A stretch of 32,000 bases of DNA from Candidatus Hadarchaeales archaeon (GTDB lineage: Archaea; Hadarchaeota; Hadarchaeia; Hadarchaeales; Hadarchaeaceae): the NCBI GenBank assembly GCA_038823825.1, contig JAWBCC010000001.1, positions 1-32,000 of the forward strand, in the 5' to 3' direction. The notes beneath the pieces are model-generated. The model saw only the letters and a list, made by a program, of their open reading frames with translations. It was not told where the DNA came from and made no database searches. Below, one piece after another: positions 27,334-32,000 of this stretch (position 1 is the stretch's first letter; each line of letters begins with the position of its first letter). The position numbers and the translations under genes are program-made.

Positions 27334-29650
27334 AGTTTTTGAGGTAAACATACTCGCCGCGAGCGACGAAAATCTTTTGCGCATCAGCAGGGAACTTGGT
27401 CTTTCATTAAATCTTCAAGAGATGAAAGCTTGCAAGAGGTATTTTCAAAAAATCAGAAGAAATCCGACGGACATAGAACTACAAACAATTGGTCAAACGT
27501 GGTCAGAGCACTGTTTTCACAAAACTTTTAAAGGCACGGTTATCTTCAAAGGTAAAAAGTTCAGACTTTTTAAAGATTTCATTCGCAAAGCCACAGAAGA
27601 ATTGGCTCCAGAATGGTGTATCTCTGTATTTGAAGATAACGCTGGAATAGTAGACTTTGAAAATGGTTATGGGATTGCGGTAAAGGTTGAAACGCACAAT
27701 CACCCCTCTGCTGTGGAACCGTTTGGTGGTGCTGCAACCGGTATCGGCGGAGTGATAAGAGACATTCTCGGTGTTTGGGCGGAACCGATCGCAAATATCG
27801 ATGTGTTGGGATTTGGTCCTTTAGACGTGAGTTATTCGATTTTGCCTCCGGGAATGAAACATCCGAAGTATATTTTTTCAGGTGTTGTAGCGGGAATAGG
27901 TTGTTACGGAAATAATATGGGAATCCCAACTGTTGCTGGCGCCGTATATTTTGACGAAAGCTACATTGGGAATCCAGTTGTTTACTGTGGTTGTGTAGGT
28001 TTGCTTCCTCTTGATAAATGCGTGAAGAACACGCGGCCGGGAGACTTCGCTGTTTTAGCTGGTGGGAGAACTGGAAGAGATGGAATTCATGGAGTTACTT
28101 TTGCATCTGAGGAATTGCGTGGAGATCTTGAGGCCTTGAGAAGCGCGGTTCAAATTCCAGACCCAATAGAAGAGGAGAAGTTACGAAGGGCAATTTTAAG
28201 AATTCGGGATGAAAAGCTCGCATCCGCAATAACCGACCTAGGTGGAGGTGGACTTTCCTGTGCAGCTTCCGAGATGGCGAACAGGGCCAATTGTGGCGTT
28301 GAAATTTGGTTGGAAAAAGTTCCATTGAAACATGCTGGAATGGCTCCATGGGAGATATGGATTTCAGAATCTCAGGAAAGGATGTTACTCTCAGTTCCCA
28401 AGAAAAATTTGCGGAGGGTTCTTCAGATATTCGAAGAAGAAGAGGTGGAAGCAACACCGGTGGGAGTTTTCAATAATAAAAAGTCCGTCGAAGTTTTCTG
28501 GAAAAAGATTAGAATTCTTGATCTTAAATTAGATTTTCTCTTTTCTCCACCGCTCCCGGTTAGAGTAGCTAGGATATCTACATGTGGAGAGCCAGAACCG
28601 AAAATTTCAGACGGAAAAGAGGAAACACTTCTTTTGCGACTTCTTTCTTCTCCAAATATCTGCAGTCGCGAAGACATCATAAGAACGTATGATCATGAAG
28701 TCCAAGGAAGAAGTGTGCTGAAACCCCTTCAAGGTAAACATTCCGGACCAAACGACGCGGCAGTTCTTCGTCCACTACCGGATTCTTGGAAAGGTGTAGT
28801 GATATCATGCGGACTGAAGCCAAGATATGGAAAGATAGATCCTTATTGGATGGCGGCATCTTCAATCGAGGAAGCCATAAGGAATAACATCGCTGTTGGT
28901 GGAGAAAGACAAGCTATCTTGGACAACTTTACGTGGGGGAATCCGGAAAAGCCAGAACAGCTTGGTGCTTTGCTCAGCGCCTGCAAAGCCTGTTATGATT
29001 TTGCCAAGGTATTTGGTGTGCCATTCATTTCTGGGAAGGACAGTCTTTATAACGAATCTGAGCTCGATCCTGTGACACCGACGCTTCTGATAACAGCTGT
29101 TGGAATAATTCGAGATATTAAGAAGGCGGTTTCTCTGGACCTTAAGGAAGTAGGAGATCCGTTGTATATTTTGGGCCGCACGTACAATGAGCTTGGCGGA
29201 TCTGAGCTTTTGGCTATTTTTGGAAAATTAGGGTCAAACGTTCCCCGAGTCAGGCCAAAAGAGTCCAAAAAAGTGATGAAGTCTGTTCAAAGAGCGATTG
29301 ATAGTGAATGCGTAAAAGCTTGCCATGATCTCTCGGAGGGAGGGTTGGCTGTGGCGCTCGCTGAAATGGTGATCTCTAGCGATTTTGGAGCCTCTATGGA
29401 TTTATCAGAAGTGCCCACTCAAACAAAATTATCCAACACTTCTCTTTTATTCTCGGAGTCTAATGGAAGATTTCTCGTAGAAGTTGCCAAAGAAAGAGAA
29501 AAAGAGTTTGAGAGCTTAGTCAAAGGAGACTTCGCGAAGATAGGCGTAGTTTGTAAGAAGAGATCTTTGGAGATCCGGCGTGATGGAAAAACAATAATAT
29601 GTCTTTCTTCGGAGAAGTTGCGTTCAGCTTGGAAAAAGAGACTATGGTGA
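27296..29650 (+). CDS. purL: Phosphoribosylformylglycinamidine synthase subunit PurL
   Basis: TWSEHCFHKTF, VKVETHNHPSAVEPFGGAATGIGGVIRD, SGKDSLYNE, ATG preceded by GAGGTGA. Confidence 0.97.
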   Translation: MEQLYKRKNLPVEVFEVNILAASDENLLRISRELGLSLNLQEMKACKRYFQKIRRNPTDIELQTIGQTWSEHCFHKTFKGTVIFKGKKFRLFKDFIRKATEELAPEWCISVFEDNAGIVDFENGYGIAVKVETHNHPSAVEPFGGAATGIGGVIRDILGVWAEPIANIDVLGFGPLDVSYSILPPGMKHPKYIFSGVVAGIGCYGNNMGIPTVAGAVYFDESYIGNPVVYCGCVGLLPLDKCVKNTRPGDFAVLAGGRTGRDGIHGVTFASEELRGDLEALRSAVQIPDPIEEEKLRRAILRIRDEKLASAITDLGGGGLSCAASEMANRANCGVEIWLEKVPLKHAGMAPWEIWISESQERMLLSVPKKNLRRVLQIFEEEEVEATPVGVFNNKKSVEVFWKKIRILDLKLDFLFSPPLPVRVARISTCGEPEPKISDGKEETLLLRLLSSPNICSREDIIRTYDHEVQGRSVLKPLQGKHSGPNDAAVLRPLPDSWKGVVISCGLKPRYGKIDPYWMAASSIEEAIRNNIAVGGERQAILDNFTWGNPEKPEQLGALLSACKACYDFAKVFGVPFISGKDSLYNESELDPVTPTLLITAVGIIRDIKKAVSLDLKEVGDPLYILGRTYNELGGSELLAIFGKLGSNVPRVRPKESKKVMKSVQRAIDSECVKACHDLSEGGLAVALAEMVISSDFGASMDLSEVPTQTKLSNTSLLFSESNGRFLVEVAKEREKEFESLVKGDFAKIGVVCKKRSLEIRRDGKTIICLSSEKLRSAWKKRLW

Positions 29651-29656
29651 TTTAAA

Positions 29657-30445
29657 ATGAAAAATGTTTGTGTAATCCGGACCAGGGGGACGAACTGCGA
29701 TTGGGAAACGGCGCTGGCGTTAAAAAATGTGGGCCTACTGGCAGAAATAGTTCATCTACGCAAACTCGATGGTTTCAAACTCAGAAAGTACGATGCACTG
29801 GTTATTCCAGGAGGTTTTTCGTATGGAGACCACATACGGGCGGGAGCAGTGATGGCTAAACGTTTGCTGGCTCGTTTGCGAAAAGAACTTGTAAAATTTG
29901 TGGAAGAGGGCAAGCCAATTCTAGGCATATGCAACGGATTTCAAGTATTGGTCGAAGGTGGTCTGCTTCCGGCTTTTGAGGGACCGAGCGAAGAACCACA
30001 AGCTGCTTTAGCCGTGAACAATTCCTGTAGGTACGAATGCAGATGGGTCTATCTAAGAGTGGAAAAAAGCAAATGCATTTTCATGAGCAAAGTTGATAAA
30101 AAAACTCTCTTTCTTCCGGTCGCGCACGCGGAAGGAAAATTCATTTTCGATCTAAATAGACAAGACGAGGATATTAAGAAGCTCGTGCAAAACAAGCAAT
30201 TGGTCTTACGATATGCCGATGAGAGCGGTCGACCGGCGCAGGGAAGATATCCACATAATCCTAACGGGTCTATTTTCGATATCGCTGGAGTTTGCGATCC
30301 ATCTGGAGTGGTATTTGGTTTGATGCCACATCCTGAAAGGGCTTTTTACTGGTTCCACAGACCGGACTGGACGGCTTCAAAAGATGAGGAATGGGCCGAT
30401 GGGCGTCTGATTTTCGAATCTCTTGCGGATTATCTCAGGAGGTGA
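29657..30445 (+). CDS. purQ: Phosphoribosylformylglycinamidine synthase subunit PurQ (glutaminase)
   Basis: VIRTRGTNCDWETA, PGGFSYGDHIRAG, GICNGFQVLVEGGLLP, MPHPER. Confidence 0.96.
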   Translation: MKNVCVIRTRGTNCDWETALALKNVGLLAEIVHLRKLDGFKLRKYDALVIPGGFSYGDHIRAGAVMAKRLLARLRKELVKFVEEGKPILGICNGFQVLVEGGLLPAFEGPSEEPQAALAVNNSCRYECRWVYLRVEKSKCIFMSKVDKKTLFLPVAHAEGKFIFDLNRQDEDIKKLVQNKQLVLRYADESGRPAQGRYPHNPNGSIFDIAGVCDPSGVVFGLMPHPERAFYWFHRPDWTASKDEEWADGRLIFESLADYLRR

Positions 30446-31596
30446 GTTCTCTGCCTTTAAATGTTAGCAAAATCAGGCGGGATTTTCCCATTTTGTCTTC
30501 CGGAAAGATATATCTTGATAGCGCGGCAAGTAGCTTAACACCTGAACCCGTAATAAGAAAAGTTTTGGAGTTTTACAGAGAGTACAGAGCCAACGTCGGG
30601 CGTGGTGTTTATTCTTGGTCAGCAGAAGCTACAGACGAATATGAGAGAGCCAGAAAAGAGGTAGCAAAATTAATAAATGCTAAAGATGCAAGCGAGATAA
30701 TCTTTACTAAAAACACAACCGAAGGCATAAACACGGTTGCTCACGGACTAGAATGGAAAAGCGGTGACAAGATAGTTACCACAATTGTTGAGCATCATTC
30801 AAATTTTATCCCTTGGTTAAGAATAACCAAAAAATTGAGCTTAAAGATTGAGATAGTTAAATCCGATGGCGCTGGCAGGTTTGAAATAACCGATTTTGAA
30901 AAAGCAATCGATGAACGTACGAAATTAATCGCGATTTCCCATGCTTCAAATGTTCTTGGAACAGTCTTGCCGGTAAAGGAAGTTACGAAAATCGCGCATG
31001 AACGAGGAGCAAAAATTCTAATCGACGGCGCCCAATCTGTGCCGCACATGCCTGTAGATGTCTCCGAAATAGGTTGTGATTTTCTAGCGTTTTCTGGCCA
31101 TAAGATGTTGGCTCCAACTGGCATTGGAGTTTTATATGTTAACAGTGATAGCTCCGATGTTTTGGAGCCTTTAGCTGTAGGAGGAGGGACAGTCGATCAT
31201 GTTTCAATATCGGACTTCAGTTTAACGAGATCGCCCGACCGGTTCGAGGCAGGAACACCACCAATTGCTCAAGCTATCGGGCTTGGAGAGGCGGCCAAAT
31301 ATTTGCGAAGACTTGATATGGAGGACATCGCTGTTCATGAACGTAAACTGACCGAGAAAATCATTTCCGGTCTTTCAGAAATCGAGGACACAGAAATTTA
31401 CGGACCACTGACTTGTGATGATATAATAGGAATTGTCGCATTCAATGTTCGGGATTTAGATCCAAACGGAGTGGCAGAAATTCTCGATGAAAAAGGAGGA
31501 ATAATGGTCAGATCAGGTCATCACTGTGCGATGCCACTTCATGTCGAGCTTCTCAGAAGACCACTGGGAAGCGTCAGAGCTTCTGTTTATATATAA
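30442..31596 (+). CDS. sufS: Cysteine desulfurase, SufS/CsdA type; C-terminal tail appears frameshifted
   Basis: KIYLDSAASSLTP, EIIFTKNTTEGIN, AFSGHKMLAPTGIGVLY, GGIMVRSGHHCAMPLH. GTG 30442 forms a GTGA overlap with purQ, but CTG 30451 is better spaced from the SD. The ORF track start 30391 overlaps purQ and is unlikely. Confidence 0.93.
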   Translation: MSSLPLNVSKIRRDFPILSSGKIYLDSAASSLTPEPVIRKVLEFYREYRANVGRGVYSWSAEATDEYERARKEVAKLINAKDASEIIFTKNTTEGINTVAHGLEWKSGDKIVTTIVEHHSNFIPWLRITKKLSLKIEIVKSDGAGRFEITDFEKAIDERTKLIAISHASNVLGTVLPVKEVTKIAHERGAKILIDGAQSVPHMPVDVSEIGCDFLAFSGHKMLAPTGIGVLYVNSDSSDVLEPLAVGGGTVDHVSISDFSLTRSPDRFEAGTPPIAQAIGLGEAAKYLRRLDMEDIAVHERKLTEKIISGLSEIEDTEIYGPLTCDDIIGIVAFNVRDLDPNGVAEILDEKGGIMVRSGHHCAMPLHVELLRRPLGSVRASVYI

Positions 31597-31686
31597 CACT
31601 GCTAGAGAAATCGATAAATTAATCGAAATGATCGAAAGAATCGCAAAGATGAAATCCTGAGGTTTCTTTATAACTTACTAGTCTGA

Positions 31687-32000
<314 letters not shown>

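Noticed and set aside
30391-30441. Track start of the cysteine desulfurase inside purQ (MGRWASDFRISCGLSQE...)
   Set aside because: These residues come from out-of-frame translation of the well-supported purQ 3' end. Homology begins at about NVSKIRRDFPIL.

Overview
Gene-dense window, most likely archaeal: split GMP synthase, PurS/PurL/PurQ, PyrI, a SepCysS fragment and TATA-like promoters support this. It is dominated by de novo nucleotide biosynthesis. The minus strand carries a nine-gene, almost gap-free block read pyrF-pyrE-pyrB-pyrI-pyrK-pyrC-pyrD-pyrG-purH, i.e. all of UMP synthesis except carAB, plus CTP synthase and a bacterial-type PurH. Purine genes guaB, guaAB, purN, purD, purF, purE, purB, purM, purS, purL and purQ surround it, with the folate genes folD and 5-formyl-THF cyclo-ligase. 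Between these lie two secreted/membrane-anchored proteins, one a 1366-aa multidomain protein with a putative glycoside hydrolase core and DNRLRE/disaggregatase-type repeats, and a stand-alone glutamate-synthase FMN domain. The right end has a SufS-type cysteine desulfurase and the 5' part of O-phosphoseryl-tRNA:Cys-tRNA synthase. The most notable observations are: (i) pyrC has no ATG/GTG/TTG start covering its conserved N-terminus, but has an SD-preceded CTG forming a CTGA overlap with pyrK, with a similar CTG candidate at sufS; (ii) the sufS C-terminal tail continues out of frame after a short TA tract; (iii) PurE looks like class II, making PurK unnecessary; (iv) a THF-dependent PurH/PurN/FolD route in an archaeal setting; (v) the secreted glucanase-like protein and its neighbour share an N-terminal membrane/LTV(R/K)FGA motif. 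I found no CRISPR array, transposon, tRNA/rRNA or convincing new defence-type system.
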